Assembly (NCBI GenBank): GCA_963665115.1
Contig: OY762007.1
Coordinates: 1,120,001-1,184,000, forward strand
DNA length: 64,000 bases
DNA from: an uncultured Rivularia sp.
GTDB taxonomy: Bacteria > Cyanobacteriota > Cyanobacteriia > Cyanobacteriales > Nostocaceae
Reading direction: 5' to 3'
The notes beneath the pieces were generated by a model. It ran no database searches. It was not told where the DNA came from and was given only the letters and a program-made list of their open reading frames with translations. The position numbers and the translations under genes were made by a program. This document shows, in pieces, positions 31,020 through 41,626 of the stretch. Each line of letters starts with the position of its first letter. Position 1 is the first letter of the stretch.

Positions 31020-31460
31020 TAAAGAAATGGTGTTTTCACATGGTTGTAGACGTAGCAGTGCTACGTCTCTACAGCAGTTTTGTGTTTAATACAAAATATA
31101 GAGATGAAATTTTATATGCCTGATTTCGTAAAAGGAATCGGGTTTTTTAACTTGAAATAATATTTGTTTTTATAATTTATGTTTTCAAAATAAAAAATAT
31201 AAACTGTATTGCAAATAAAGAATTAACAAATAAAACCTTGAAATTAGCGGATAAATTGTCTAAAGCACATAATACACACCTTTAACCTCTAAATCTTGAC
31301 CTTTAACCTTTAACCTTTGACCTAAAATTATGTGGTTGTAAATAATTTTGTAGCTAGGGAATATTTTGCATAAAAGCTGTCAAAGATGACCCAGAATAAA
31401 ATAGAGCGAAATAGATTGTTTTTCAGCAATTCAAAATTTAGCTGCGCTCTTTTTTAATAT

Positions 31461-33641
31461 ATGGTATCAAAACTGTTCAGAAACATACGAAAAATTACCA
31501 TTCCGGCGGTTGATTCTATCAGTAAATTAACTATTACGAGGGTAAATAAATTATCTCGTAGAACTAAAAAAATTACTGCTATCACCTCCTTAGTAATGGT
31601 AATAATACTTGCCGGAAACTCAGTTTCGGCACAGCTAGCTCCATTTGGGCCATTGAGTTCAGTAAGCGTTCCCAGACCGGATAATATCAACAATTTCATT
31701 AAAGACAAAACATCTGCGATCGCGCTGGGCAAAACTCTGTTTTGGGATATGCAGGTGGGTAGCGATGGCGTGCAATCCTGCGCTAGCTGTCACTTTAATG
31801 CCGGTGCGGATAGTAGATCGAAGAATCAGATTAATCCAGGTTCTAACAATAGTTTCGATATTGCAGGGGCACCGAACTATCAATTACGGCCGGGAGATTA
31901 TCCATTTCATCGGTTAGAAAATCCTGATGACCGTTCTTCTACCGTGCTAAAGAGCGTAGATGATATTACGGGTTCTCAAGGTGTATTTAGAGCCAAGTTT
32001 GTTGATATCGAACCTGGTAGCGCCCAAGACATCACAACACCTTTGAACGATACAACCTTTAACGTTAACGGGGTGAATGTCCGCAGGGTAACAGATCGTA
32101 ACACACCAACTGTAATTAACGCGGTGTTCAACTTCCGTAACTTTTGGGATGGAAGGGCACAAAGCGTTTTTAACGGGGTGAATCCTTTTGGTTTGAGAGA
32201 TAAAAGAGCTTTTGTTTTAAAGGCTCCGACTAAAAGAGAACTTAGAGATGTCAGAGTCAAAATTAACAATGCTTCTTTAGCTTCCCAAGCTGTGGGACCA
32301 CCTTTAAGTGCTTTTGAGATTGCTGCGGAGAATGATGATGTAATTGCACCATTTAGAGTAAATCTTGACGAATCGGAAGAAAATATTGAAGTACTCACTG
32401 AAGAAGGAGCGCTGATTGAAAAAGGTTCTGCTGTGGAAGGAGTATCTGCCGAAGAAAGCCTGGAATTAACCAAACAAAATAAACCAAATAGTATCAAGAT
32501 TCAACCAATCGAACAACCGAAGCGGAAAAGACGTTTTCAGCGATTTGGTAGAAAGCTTGGTAAAAAACTGCTGGCCGTTACTCCTTTAAATAAACAAGTT
32601 GTAGCTAGCGACGATAGCGTTTTAGGTTCATTAAGTAAATCTCCCACGGGTTTGAATAAATCCTACGAACAATTAGTAAAAGATACTTTTCGACGAAAGT
32701 GGTGGGATTCTAAGCTCGCTATCAGAATTAATCCCAAAAACGGTAGACGCAGATTTATCCGTATACCCAAGAATCGACCATTGAAAAGCAACGAATATAC
32801 TTTGATGGAGTATAACTTCGCATTGTTTTTCGGGTTAGCAGTGCAGGAATATGAATCAACTTTGATTTCCGATCAAACACCATTTGATGAATTTTTGAAT
32901 GGTAATACAAGTGCTATGACTACAGAGCAAATCCAGGGATTCCAATTATTCCAACGAAATGGATGTATTGGCTGTCATGCTGGCACAGAATTAACTGCTG
33001 CTTCGGTTAGTAACGTTAACAGTAAAGGACGCATCGAACGCGGTATATTTCCTCCGAATCCCGCACAGGATACTGGCTTTTTCGCGATAGGAGTTAGACC
33101 GTCAGGAGAAGATGTTGGGCTGGCTGGTAAAGATGAATTTGATAATTCATTTTCGGAAGCAACCTTAGCTTTAGAAGGTAAATTTAAACGACTTCTAGGT
33201 GAAGAACCACCTTTTGTTCCCAATTCGCCACAAGATATAGTTGCAACTGGTGCATTTAAAACACCGGGGCTTCGTAACATAGAGTTAACTGCTCCATATT
33301 TTCATAATGGCGGACAATCGACCTTAGAGCAAGTGGTTGACTTTTACAAACGAGGTGGAAATTTTGGTGGATTGCGGGAGCTGAATTTGACTCAAGATGA
33401 CAAAGACAAATTAGTTGCATTTCTCAAAAGTCTTACCGACGAAAGAGTTCGCAATCAACAAGCACCTTTCGATCATCCACAGTTATTTGTTCCTTACGGA
33501 CATCCCAACGACGAGAATTCTGTAGTTGTGGATTCCGGTGCATCATCTAATGGCGTTCAACAAGCCCAAGATGATTTATTGGAAATACCTGCTGTGGGAA
33601 GAAATGGTGGTACTCCTTTAGCGGAGTTTCTCGCACCTTAA
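31461..33641 (+). CDS. Di-heme cytochrome c peroxidase (MauG/CCP family), exported
   Basis: LGKTLFWD, CASCH, RNTPTVINA, FWDGRA, CIGCH, FKTPGLRNIELTAPYFHNG. The start is uncertain. Confidence 0.92.
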   Translation: MVSKLFRNIRKITIPAVDSISKLTITRVNKLSRRTKKITAITSLVMVIILAGNSVSAQLAPFGPLSSVSVPRPDNINNFIKDKTSAIALGKTLFWDMQVGSDGVQSCASCHFNAGADSRSKNQINPGSNNSFDIAGAPNYQLRPGDYPFHRLENPDDRSSTVLKSVDDITGSQGVFRAKFVDIEPGSAQDITTPLNDTTFNVNGVNVRRVTDRNTPTVINAVFNFRNFWDGRAQSVFNGVNPFGLRDKRAFVLKAPTKRELRDVRVKINNASLASQAVGPPLSAFEIAAENDDVIAPFRVNLDESEENIEVLTEEGALIEKGSAVEGVSAEESLELTKQNKPNSIKIQPIEQPKRKRRFQRFGRKLGKKLLAVTPLNKQVVASDDSVLGSLSKSPTGLNKSYEQLVKDTFRRKWWDSKLAIRINPKNGRRRFIRIPKNRPLKSNEYTLMEYNFALFFGLAVQEYESTLISDQTPFDEFLNGNTSAMTTEQIQGFQLFQRNGCIGCHAGTELTAASVSNVNSKGRIERGIFPPNPAQDTGFFAIGVRPSGEDVGLAGKDEFDNSFSEATLALEGKFKRLLGEEPPFVPNSPQDIVATGAFKTPGLRNIELTAPYFHNGGQSTLEQVVDFYKRGGNFGGLRELNLTQDDKDKLVAFLKSLTDERVRNQQAPFDHPQLFVPYGHPNDENSVVVDSGASSNGVQQAQDDLLEIPAVGRNGGTPLAEFLAP

Positions 33642-33767
33642 ATAGAAAAAGGTTAGAGGTCAAAGGTTAAAGGTTAAAGGTATTAAATTACCGAAAATTA
33701 ATCAAACGAACATATTTTAATCAAACTCTTAAAATGTGTTCTTTGAAAGCATAGATTAATTGATTGA

Positions 33768-33799
33768 AGAGACGGGGCTGTTGCTTCGTCTTTTTTTTT
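33768..33799 (+). terminator. Intrinsic terminator after the peroxidase gene
   Basis: AGACGGGGC..TGCTTCGTCT stem followed by a T-run. Confidence 0.6.
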
Positions 33800-33823
33800 G
33801 ATTCTTTTCTGGCTTTAAAATTA

Positions 33824-33966
33824 CGGCGTTGCTGAATCCGGGTATGAATTCATTTTTTCCTTCATAGTGATGCCCCCTAAATCCCCCCATTTAGGGGGGA
33901 CTTTTGATTGTCTTATTCCCCCATAATTGGGGGTTAGGGGGCAATTCATACTAATCAGCAACCCCA
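33824..33966. mobile_element. MITE-like element (GTTGCTGA...TCAGCAAC ends) with internal CCCCC/GGGGG hairpins
   Basis: Inverted ends including GTATGAATT/AATTCATAC. Confidence 0.6.
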
Positions 33967-34027
33967 AAATTACCTATCTCTCTATGCGTCTAGTAAGGTT
34001 TTTAAAATCGGTAATTTTCGGAATTCC

Positions 34028-34054
34028 TGCATAATTAAAAAAACTTGTCCGGTA
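34028..34054 (+). promoter_or_regulatory. TGCATAA-N14-CCGGTA motif upstream of the amine oxidase gene
   Basis: Read directly; spacing shared with the other copies. Confidence 0.6.
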
Positions 34055-34115
34055 TGAAATAACAGAAGCGGCGAAACACCGCGAACGAAATGCAGACCGA
34101 ACAAGGATTAAAAAA

Positions 34116-35630
34116 ATGCTTACTTCAACTTTACTAGATATGTGTGAAATGACCAACTTGCAACCTGGTAAAAAAATTACCATTCTAGGTGCAGGTATTG
34201 CGGGTTTGGTTGCAGCTTATGAATTAGAACGTTTGGGACATGAAGTTGAGATTATCGAAGGTAGTTCCCGTGTAGGTGGAAGGGTTTGGACTCATCGCTT
34301 TGGTAAGGATAACAACGCACCTTATGCAGAGTTGGGAGCAATGCGGATTCCTAGCAGCCATCACCATACATTACATTATGTAAATGAAATGGGATTGAGT
34401 GACAAACTTTGTAAATTTATGACTGTATTTGAAGAACAAAATGCCTTTATTAATTTGGAAGGTAAAATCTTCAAGATGAAGGATGCTCCTCGTATTTTGC
34501 AACAACGTTATCAAGGAATTTTTACAGATACTCGTTACAGCGAAACAACTCGTTTATTTGCTGCTTGGTTAAAAACTATTGTTGATACTATTTCTCCCGG
34601 CGATTTGCGCGAAGGTTTAGAAAATGACCTCAAATCTCATTTGATGGATGAATTAGAAAAATTGGATTTAGAACCTTATTTTTGCGAAGATAACGAGTCA
34701 ATCGATTTACAATCTTTTATTAAAGAAAATCCTGGCTTCCGCGCTCGTTGTAGCAAAGCATTAGATATGTTTTTTGAAGATATTGTTGTTGAAACCAGTC
34801 GCGATTTATTGCAGCTTCAAGGTGGAATGGAGCAAATTATCGATCGTTTATTAGAATCTATTAAATCTCCTATTAAGTGCAATCAGAAAGTAGTAGCTAT
34901 TAGAGTTAATCCCGAATTTACAGAAATTGACTATATAGAAAATGGCGAGAAATCCACCCGCCGTTGCGATTATGTATTGTGTACAATTCCTTTTTCTGTA
35001 ATGCGAAAGATGGAATTGGAAGGATTTGATGAAAGAAAATTTAATTCTATTCAAGATACATATTATTGTCCCGCGACAAAGGTTGCTTTCCACACCAAAG
35101 AAGCATTTTGGCAAAAGCAAGGTATTCGCGGTGGTGCTTCTTTTAGCGGTGAAGGTGTGCGTCAAACCTATTATCCTTCTGTTAAATTTACTCCTGAAAG
35201 CGGTAGCATCATGTTAGCTAGTTATACAATCGGTGATGATGCTGACAGAATGGGAAATATGCCGGAATCACAACGTCACGATTACGTTAAAGATGTTGTT
35301 GGTAAAGTTCACCCCGAATTGCAAGCAGAGAATATGGTTGTGGAAGCAGCTTCTATTGCTTGGGGTAATTACGAATGGAGCGCTGGCGGTTGCGCGGTAC
35401 ATTGGGAAGATGATGCTGCAAATACTTCTAATTATTTAGAAGCTAGTAGAAGACAACATAAATTGTTATTTGCTGGCGAACATTGTTCTAGATATCCTGC
35501 TTGGTTACAAGGTTCTATTGAGTCTGCTTTGGAAGCTGTTTACGATATTGTTTCTGATAAGAGAAAGAATCGTGTAGCTACAAGTTTTGTTAATAAAATA
35601 GAAGATGCTTACGTTTTACAAGCTGCTTAG
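34116..35630 (+). CDS. Flavin monoamine / L-amino-acid oxidase family protein
   Basis: ILGAGIAGLVAAYEL, RVGGRVWT, AELGAMRIP, GGMEQI, FAGEH...WLQGSIESA. Confidence 0.9.
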   Translation: MLTSTLLDMCEMTNLQPGKKITILGAGIAGLVAAYELERLGHEVEIIEGSSRVGGRVWTHRFGKDNNAPYAELGAMRIPSSHHHTLHYVNEMGLSDKLCKFMTVFEEQNAFINLEGKIFKMKDAPRILQQRYQGIFTDTRYSETTRLFAAWLKTIVDTISPGDLREGLENDLKSHLMDELEKLDLEPYFCEDNESIDLQSFIKENPGFRARCSKALDMFFEDIVVETSRDLLQLQGGMEQIIDRLLESIKSPIKCNQKVVAIRVNPEFTEIDYIENGEKSTRRCDYVLCTIPFSVMRKMELEGFDERKFNSIQDTYYCPATKVAFHTKEAFWQKQGIRGGASFSGEGVRQTYYPSVKFTPESGSIMLASYTIGDDADRMGNMPESQRHDYVKDVVGKVHPELQAENMVVEAASIAWGNYEWSAGGCAVHWEDDAANTSNYLEASRRQHKLLFAGEHCSRYPAWLQGSIESALEAVYDIVSDKRKNRVATSFVNKIEDAYVLQAA

Positions 35631-35817
35631 AATAATTCGTCAAACTATTATACTTCCAAGCTATTGATGATATTAATAAACCCGGTTATTTCAAATAGCC
35701 GGGTATTTACAGCAGATTTCATTTAAGTGAGGTACACATCCTTTCTAGAGGGAGTAGTGAGTAGGGAGTAGGGAATAGGGAAATGTACCTCATATACAGA
35801 GAGAATTATTCATATTT

Positions 35818-35844
35818 TGCATAAACCAAAAAAGCCTCCCCCTA
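35818..35844 (+). promoter_or_regulatory. TGCATAA-N14-CCCCTA motif upstream of the DAHP synthase gene
   Basis: Read directly; the downstream element begins 38 nt before the ATG. Confidence 0.65.
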
Positions 35845-35876
35845 CAAATAATTATCAGATAAAAACAAGGAAAAAA

Positions 35877-36989
35877 ATGATTATTGTTACCCAAAGTGGA
35901 ACCCCTGAAGTTGAAATCGAGCGGATTATTGATGAATTGAGCGTTTACGACGGAACTGTTGAGAAAATTGTTGGTAAAGAGAAGGTTGTAATTGGTTTAG
36001 TTAGCGATACTTCTAATATTAATCTTGGTTATATTCAACAAATTAGTCCTTTCATTGAAGATGTTTTTCGAGTTGAACAACCTTTTAAGCGAGCTTCTTT
36101 AGAATACCGTAACGGCGAACATTCTGAAGTTGTTGTCCAAACTCCCAACGGTGCGATTACCTTCGGTAGAGCTTCGCTTAACGCCTTTGGTCAAAATCAT
36201 CCTTTGGTTGTTGTCGCTGGGCCTTGTTCGGTAGAGAATGAAGAAATGATTGTGGAGACTGCGAAAGTAGTTAAAGCTACTGGCGCTCAATTCCTCAGAG
36301 GTGGTGCTTACAAGCCTCGTAGCTCGCCTTATGCTTTCCAGGGACACGGTGAAAGCGCTTTACATTTATTGGCTAAGGCTAGAGAAGTTACTGGTTTGGG
36401 AATTATAACTGAAGTAATGGACACAGCAGACTTAGATAAAGTAGCGGAAATTGCGGATGTGGTGCAAATTGGCGCTAGGAATATGCAAAACTTCTCGCTG
36501 TTGAAGAAAGCTGGTGCTGCTGGTAAGCCGATTTTGCTCAAGCGCGGGATGTCTGCAACTATTGAAGAATGGTTGATGGCTGCTGAATATATCTTATCTA
36601 CTGGCAATCCTAACGTGATTTTGTGCGAGCGCGGAATTCGCAGTTTTGATAAGAAATACACTCGAAACGTGTTGGATTTATCGATTGTTCCAGTATTGCG
36701 GACTCTGACTCATTTACCGATTATGGTCGATCCCAGTCATGCAACTGGTTACTCAAAATTTGTGCCGACAATGGCTAAAGCTGCGATTGCTTCCGGTACC
36801 GATTCTTTGATGATTGAAGTTCACCCCAATCCTGCAAAAGCGCTTTCCGACGGACCACAATCTTTGACTCCAGAGAATTTTGTTGAGTTGATGCGAGAAA
36901 TTAAGCCTTTATCGGAATACTTTGGACGTGGTGATTCTAATTTAGTAAATTCAAGTTTTGTTGAAAGTGGAATTAAAGTTGGTGTTTGA
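35877..36989 (+). CDS. aroF: DAHP synthase (type I-beta)
   Basis: AGPCSVE, RGGAYKPRSSPY, QIGARNMQNF, LCERGIR, DPSH, SDGPQ. Confidence 0.95.
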   Translation: MIIVTQSGTPEVEIERIIDELSVYDGTVEKIVGKEKVVIGLVSDTSNINLGYIQQISPFIEDVFRVEQPFKRASLEYRNGEHSEVVVQTPNGAITFGRASLNAFGQNHPLVVVAGPCSVENEEMIVETAKVVKATGAQFLRGGAYKPRSSPYAFQGHGESALHLLAKAREVTGLGIITEVMDTADLDKVAEIADVVQIGARNMQNFSLLKKAGAAGKPILLKRGMSATIEEWLMAAEYILSTGNPNVILCERGIRSFDKKYTRNVLDLSIVPVLRTLTHLPIMVDPSHATGYSKFVPTMAKAAIASGTDSLMIEVHPNPAKALSDGPQSLTPENFVELMREIKPLSEYFGRGDSNLVNSSFVESGIKVGV

Positions 36990-37081
36990 TGGATAAAAAT
37001 TAAAATCCTTACTACGAAAGATTAATTTAATAGTTTTATCAAACCTGGTTTTTTGTAAAAAATCGGGTTTTTTGATTCTTT

Positions 37082-37413
37082 GTAGGGTGCTGTGACGGTT
37101 ACGAAACCATTATAAAACGCAACTAAAATATTGATATTACCGTCACGCACCTTGTTGTTTTTATCATCCTTCTTGAGCTATAAAATATTAAATATAAATT
37201 CAAAACTTTGGAAGGTTACATTTTGATAATTAATTGGTGCGTGACGGTAATATTTAATTTATTTATTTATTGTAATTTAAGTTTTTTGTGACCGTCACAG
37301 CACCCTACAATAATATCTTTAATTTGTTGTTTTCTATTGGTTAATTGGTGCGTGAAGGCAATTTTAATTTTTAGTTGTATTTTATAATTTATCGTAACCA
37401 TCACACACCCTAC
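37082..37413. repeat. Cluster of three GTAGGGTG..GTGACGGT / ACCGTCAC..GCACC palindromic REP-like elements
   Basis: Units at 37082-37152, 37235-37308 and 37347-37413. Confidence 0.75.
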
Positions 37414-37425
37414 AATAATTAAAAT

Positions 37426-37983
37426 TTAAGATGAATGAAGCCATTTATAAAACAACTTAGTTAACCTGGGCATGACTACATAAGCTAATAATACAACTAC
37501 TAATCCAGTCATAATTGCTTGACGTAATAGAAAATGTAAAGGTGCTAAATAAGGACCGAGAAAATAACCTAAAGTAGATGCACAGATAAAAACCCCAATC
37601 CAGGTGACAAAGGCGGTTTTATATTTTGGTGGTGGAGCAGAAGCTGTGTTGGGAAGAGACACCAAAGCTTCCAATCCCGTTAATACTTGAACGCTTTCAG
37701 GTTTTTCAATTAAAGGTTGAGCGTTTTCTATCCACTGTTTTCGTTCGGATGACTTCATCCACTTGCAGAGATTTTTATAGTTATTAAAGCGTAAAATAAT
37801 TACATATTCTGTTCTACCAGGTTGCGGCCTCAGAATAGTTACTCCATGATGACCTTCAAATTGTCTTGCTGCTTCGGAAATTCCTGTCAGCCATTCTTCA
37901 TATCCCGATTCGCGACCTGGACGGATATAGTGGGAAATAACGGCTGTAACTTGTTGATTTGATTGATTTTCTTGTAAATCCAT
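37426..37983 (-). CDS. ABM (antibiotic biosynthesis monooxygenase)-like domain membrane protein
   Basis: IRPGRESGYEEW...FEGH.G...W..S.ER..W; PPPKYK followed by two TM helices ending YVVMPRLT. Confidence 0.8.
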   Translation of the reverse strand: MDLQENQSNQQVTAVISHYIRPGRESGYEEWLTGISEAARQFEGHHGVTILRPQPGRTEYVIILRFNNYKNLCKWMKSSERKQWIENAQPLIEKPESVQVLTGLEALVSLPNTASAPPPKYKTAFVTWIGVFICASTLGYFLGPYLAPLHFLLRQAIMTGLVVVLLAYVVMPRLTKLFYKWLHSS

Positions 37984-38041
37984 AAAATAAAAATTTAGAA
38001 AGAACCATTATTTATATTGACTGATGGTGCGTGACAGTTAT

Positions 38042-38171
38042 TATAGCGATTTTCAGTTGAGTCCAATACACTCGGAACCTCACCCCGTCCTGCGGACACC
38101 CCTCTCCTTAATAAGGAGAGGGGAAGGGGGTGAGGTTAAGACGGTATTCCTCAAGCCTGAAAACCGCTATA
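38042..38171. mobile_element. MITE (TATAGCG.TTTTCAG ends) containing a CCTCACCCC palindromic element
   Basis: Inverted ends at 38042-38056 and 38157-38171; inner element at 38076-38137. Confidence 0.7.
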
Positions 38172-38222
38172 TATTCACACACCCGCTTCGCTATTTTCAA
38201 TTACCCATTACCAATTGCAAAT

Positions 38223-38249
38223 TGCATAAACATAATTGACCAACCCCTA
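38223..38249 (+). promoter_or_regulatory. TGCATAA-N14-CCCCTA motif upstream of trpE(G)
   Basis: Read directly; CCCC begins 40 nt before the ATG at 38284. Confidence 0.65.
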
Positions 38250-38283
38250 CAAGAAATTAAAGGACCTAATTGGAATTATTAAT

Positions 38284-40482
38284 ATGCAATTTGACACGAA
38301 TTCTTATACAACTCAAGGTGGTATATTTATATCCCGTTCCGTTACCAATACTTCTATCGATTCCGCTATTGATGAAGTTTTGATGCGTCTGGATTCTCAA
38401 CGGGGTGGTTTATTAGCTAGTAGTTATGAATATCCAGGAAGATATAAAAGATGGGCGATAGGCTTTGTCAATCCTCCTTTGGAAATATCTACAAGAGACA
38501 GAACTTTTAAAATTACGGCTCACAATGACCGAGGTTTGATTTTATTAGGTTATTTGGAAGAATTATTTTTAGATAAGTCTTATATAGAAGAGTTGGATAA
38601 GCAAGATAATTCTATTTCGGGTTCTATTCAACCGAGTAACCGTTTATTTTCAGAAGAAGAACGCAGCAGACAGCCATCTGTATTTAGCGTGATTCGAGAA
38701 ATTATCTCTGCATTTTTTAGTCCGTTGGATGAAAATTTAGGGCTTTACGGTGCTTTGGGTTACGATTTGGTGTTCCAATTTGAACAAATGCCCAAGCTGT
38801 TGGAAAGAGAAGATGACCAGAGGGATTTGGTTTTATATTTACCCGATGAGTTATTCGTCGTTGACTACCATTTACAGCAAGCATTTCGGATGCAGTACGA
38901 TTTTGTCACCAAAAACGGTAGCACTAGAGATTTACCTCGCAAAGGTGAAAAGATTGATTTCCGTGGCAAGCGTCTCAACGTGACTCAAGGTTCCGATCAT
39001 GCACCGGGAGAATACGAGCAACAAGTTACCAAGGCTTTAGATTATTTCCGACGTGGGGATTTATTTGAAGTTGTTCCTTCTCAATGCTTTTCTGAAACCT
39101 GCGAAAAATCTCCTACAGAATTATTCCGCACTCTGATGAAAATTAATCCCAGCCCTTATGGATTTATCTTTAATATGGGTGGGGAATATTTAGTTGGTGC
39201 ATCTCCAGAAATGTTTGTCCGAGTTGAAGGTAGACGTGTGGAAACCTGTCCCATCAGCGGCACAATTAGAAGGGGAGAAACTGCGATTGATGATGCGGTA
39301 CAAATTCAAAAATTGCTTAATTCACGCAAGGATGAATCAGAGCTTACTATGTGTACCGATGTCGATCGCAATGACAAGTCTAGAATTTGCGAACCCGGTT
39401 CAGTTAGAGTTATCGGCCGTCGTCAAATTGAAATGTACAGTCATCTTATCCACACAGTAGACCATGTAGAAGGTGTACTCAAGCCAGAAGCCGATGCTTT
39501 AGATGCATTTTTGACTCACTTATGGGCAGTTACCGTTACCGGAGCGCCCAAACGTTCGGCAATGCAGTTTTTAGAGCAAAACGAACGCAGCGCCAGACGT
39601 TGGTATGGTGGAGCGGTGGGAGGTTTTAATTTTAAAGGTAATTTGAATACAGGTTTGATTTTACGAACTATTCGACTCCAAGATTCAATTGCAGAAGTCA
39701 GAGTTGGTGCCACAGTTTTGTATGATTCCGATCCAGAAGCAGAAGCACAGGAAACTTTAACCAAAGGTGGTGCTTTATTCCAAGCATTGAATAGAGCCAG
39801 TCATCAAGAAGTTGCTTTACCAATAATTCCAGAATATGGCATCAAAGAAGCCAAGCCAGCAGCAGGTAAAAAAGTTTTACTAATAGATTACGAAGACTCA
39901 TTCGTTCATACCCTTGCTAACTATATTCGTCAAACAGGTGCAGCCGTCACCACATTACGATATGGTTTTCCCGAATCCGTATTTGACGAGCAAAAGCCAG
40001 ATTTAGTTGTATTGTCTCCCGGCCCTGGAAAGCCCAGCGACTTTGGTTTAGATAAGGCGATCGCCGCTTGCAAGAAACGTGAAATCCCTATATTCGGCGT
40101 ATGTTTGGGATTGCAGGGAATAGTAGAAGCCCACGGTGGAAAATTAGGAGTTTTAGATTATCCCCAACACGGTAAAACATCTTTAGTAAATGTAGTTGAT
40201 AAGGATTCCGTCGCTTTCAAAGATTTACCAGAAAGCTTTGAAGTAGGTAGATATCATTCCTTATATGCATTGCAAGATAGTTTACCCGACGAACTAAAAA
40301 TTACAGCCATATCCGCAGACGGAATAGTAATGGGAATAGAACACAAAACCTTACCAATAGCCGCAGTACAGTTTCATCCCGAATCCATCATGACATTAGT
40401 TGGAGGAGCAGGGCTGATGATTATTACTAACGTTGTACGTGAATTTACCTGTTCCGCTAAGGGAGTGGTTTTGGCTTCGTGA
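38284..40482 (+). CDS. trpE: Anthranilate synthase, fused TrpE-TrpG
   Basis: SSYEYPGRY, GDLFEVVPS, NPSPY, ASPEMFV, PISGT, VTGAPK; GATase DSF, SPGPG, GVCLG, QFHPES. Confidence 0.95.
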   Translation: MQFDTNSYTTQGGIFISRSVTNTSIDSAIDEVLMRLDSQRGGLLASSYEYPGRYKRWAIGFVNPPLEISTRDRTFKITAHNDRGLILLGYLEELFLDKSYIEELDKQDNSISGSIQPSNRLFSEEERSRQPSVFSVIREIISAFFSPLDENLGLYGALGYDLVFQFEQMPKLLEREDDQRDLVLYLPDELFVVDYHLQQAFRMQYDFVTKNGSTRDLPRKGEKIDFRGKRLNVTQGSDHAPGEYEQQVTKALDYFRRGDLFEVVPSQCFSETCEKSPTELFRTLMKINPSPYGFIFNMGGEYLVGASPEMFVRVEGRRVETCPISGTIRRGETAIDDAVQIQKLLNSRKDESELTMCTDVDRNDKSRICEPGSVRVIGRRQIEMYSHLIHTVDHVEGVLKPEADALDAFLTHLWAVTVTGAPKRSAMQFLEQNERSARRWYGGAVGGFNFKGNLNTGLILRTIRLQDSIAEVRVGATVLYDSDPEAEAQETLTKGGALFQALNRASHQEVALPIIPEYGIKEAKPAAGKKVLLIDYEDSFVHTLANYIRQTGAAVTTLRYGFPESVFDEQKPDLVVLSPGPGKPSDFGLDKAIAACKKREIPIFGVCLGLQGIVEAHGGKLGVLDYPQHGKTSLVNVVDKDSVAFKDLPESFEVGRYHSLYALQDSLPDELKITAISADGIVMGIEHKTLPIAAVQFHPESIMTLVGGAGLMIITNVVREFTCSAKGVVLAS

Positions 40483-40505
40483 AATTGAGAGGGAAGAAAT
40501 CAAAA

Positions 40506-40626
40506 ACGCCCGCAGGCTATAAGCCTGGGGCTACACCTACAAAGCCTGCCTTCGCAGGCTAGAAGATTAATAGCCTGCGAAGGCAGGCTTCGTAAATGTA
40601 GCGATACCCTTCTAGGGTATTGCGAC
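40506..40626. repeat. REP-like palindrome cluster
   Basis: GCCCGCAGGCTATAAGCCTGGGGCTA is the reverse complement of sequence near 17150-17178; also contains AGCCTGCCTTCGCAGGCT and its inverse. Confidence 0.7.
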
Positions 40627-40652
40627 AAAATTACGATACTCCCGAAAATTCC

Positions 40653-40679
40653 TGCATAAACTTAAAATCCCTTCCCCTA
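40653..40679 (+). promoter_or_regulatory. TGCATAA-N14-CCCCTA motif upstream of trpA
   Basis: Read directly; CCCC begins 40 nt before the ATG at 40714. Confidence 0.65.
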
Positions 40680-40713
40680 AAAAGAGAATAACAATCTAAA
40701 ATCTAAAATTGAA

Positions 40714-41530
40714 ATGAAATCAATATCCGAAAAATTCAAACATTTACGCGCCGAAAAGCAATGTGCTTTAATTCCATTTATCACCGCTGGCGACCCTGAT
40801 TTAGAAACTACCACAGAAGCTTTAGGAATATTAGAAGCAAACGGTGCTGATTTTATAGAGTTAGGAGTTCCTTATTCCGATCCGTTAGCCGATGGGCCCG
40901 GTGATTCAAGCAGCAGCAACCCGCGCTCTGGAAAGAGCAACTCGTTTAGATGATGTTTTACGAATCGCGCAGTCGGTAACTCGTAAAATTGAAGCTCCAA
41001 TTATTTTATTTACTTATTACAACCCCATTCTTAACTTAGGGATTGACCAATTTCTCAAAAGAATTGCCGAAGCTGGAATCAAAGGATTAGTCGTACCCGA
41101 TTTACCTTTAGAAGAAGCAGACAATTTAATAAACACTGCCGAAACAGCCGGAATCGAAGTTATTTTACTAGTTACTCCCAACACACCCGACGACAGAATC
41201 AAGGCGATCGCCCAAAAGTCTCGCGGATTTATTTATCTTGTCAGCGTCACCGGAGTAACAGGTGTTCGTTCCCAATTGCAGACGCGAGTAAAAGATGTAC
41301 TGCAAAACATCAGAAAATTTACAGATAAACCCATTGCCGTTGGTTTTGGTATATCCAGCCCAGAGCAAGCACTTCAAGTAAAAGAATGGGGAGCAGATGC
41401 AGTAATCGTCGGCAGCGCATTTGTAAAACGTTTAGGAGAATCCACACCGTATAAAGGATTGCGAGCCATTTCAGAATTTTGCGCCGAGCTTAAAGCAGTT
41501 ACCAGTGAGCAGTTAACAGTGAGCAGTTAA
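40714..41530 (+). CDS. trpA: Tryptophan synthase alpha chain; +1 frameshift near 40899
   Basis: [55 protein letters not shown]. Confidence 0.95.
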
Positions 41531-41626
41531 CAGTTATAAATTTTCTACCGCATCTACCCCCTCTTCCCCCTCTTCCCCCTCTACCCCCTCTTCCCCTCTC
41601 AATCAATAAACTAATAAGGAAAAATC

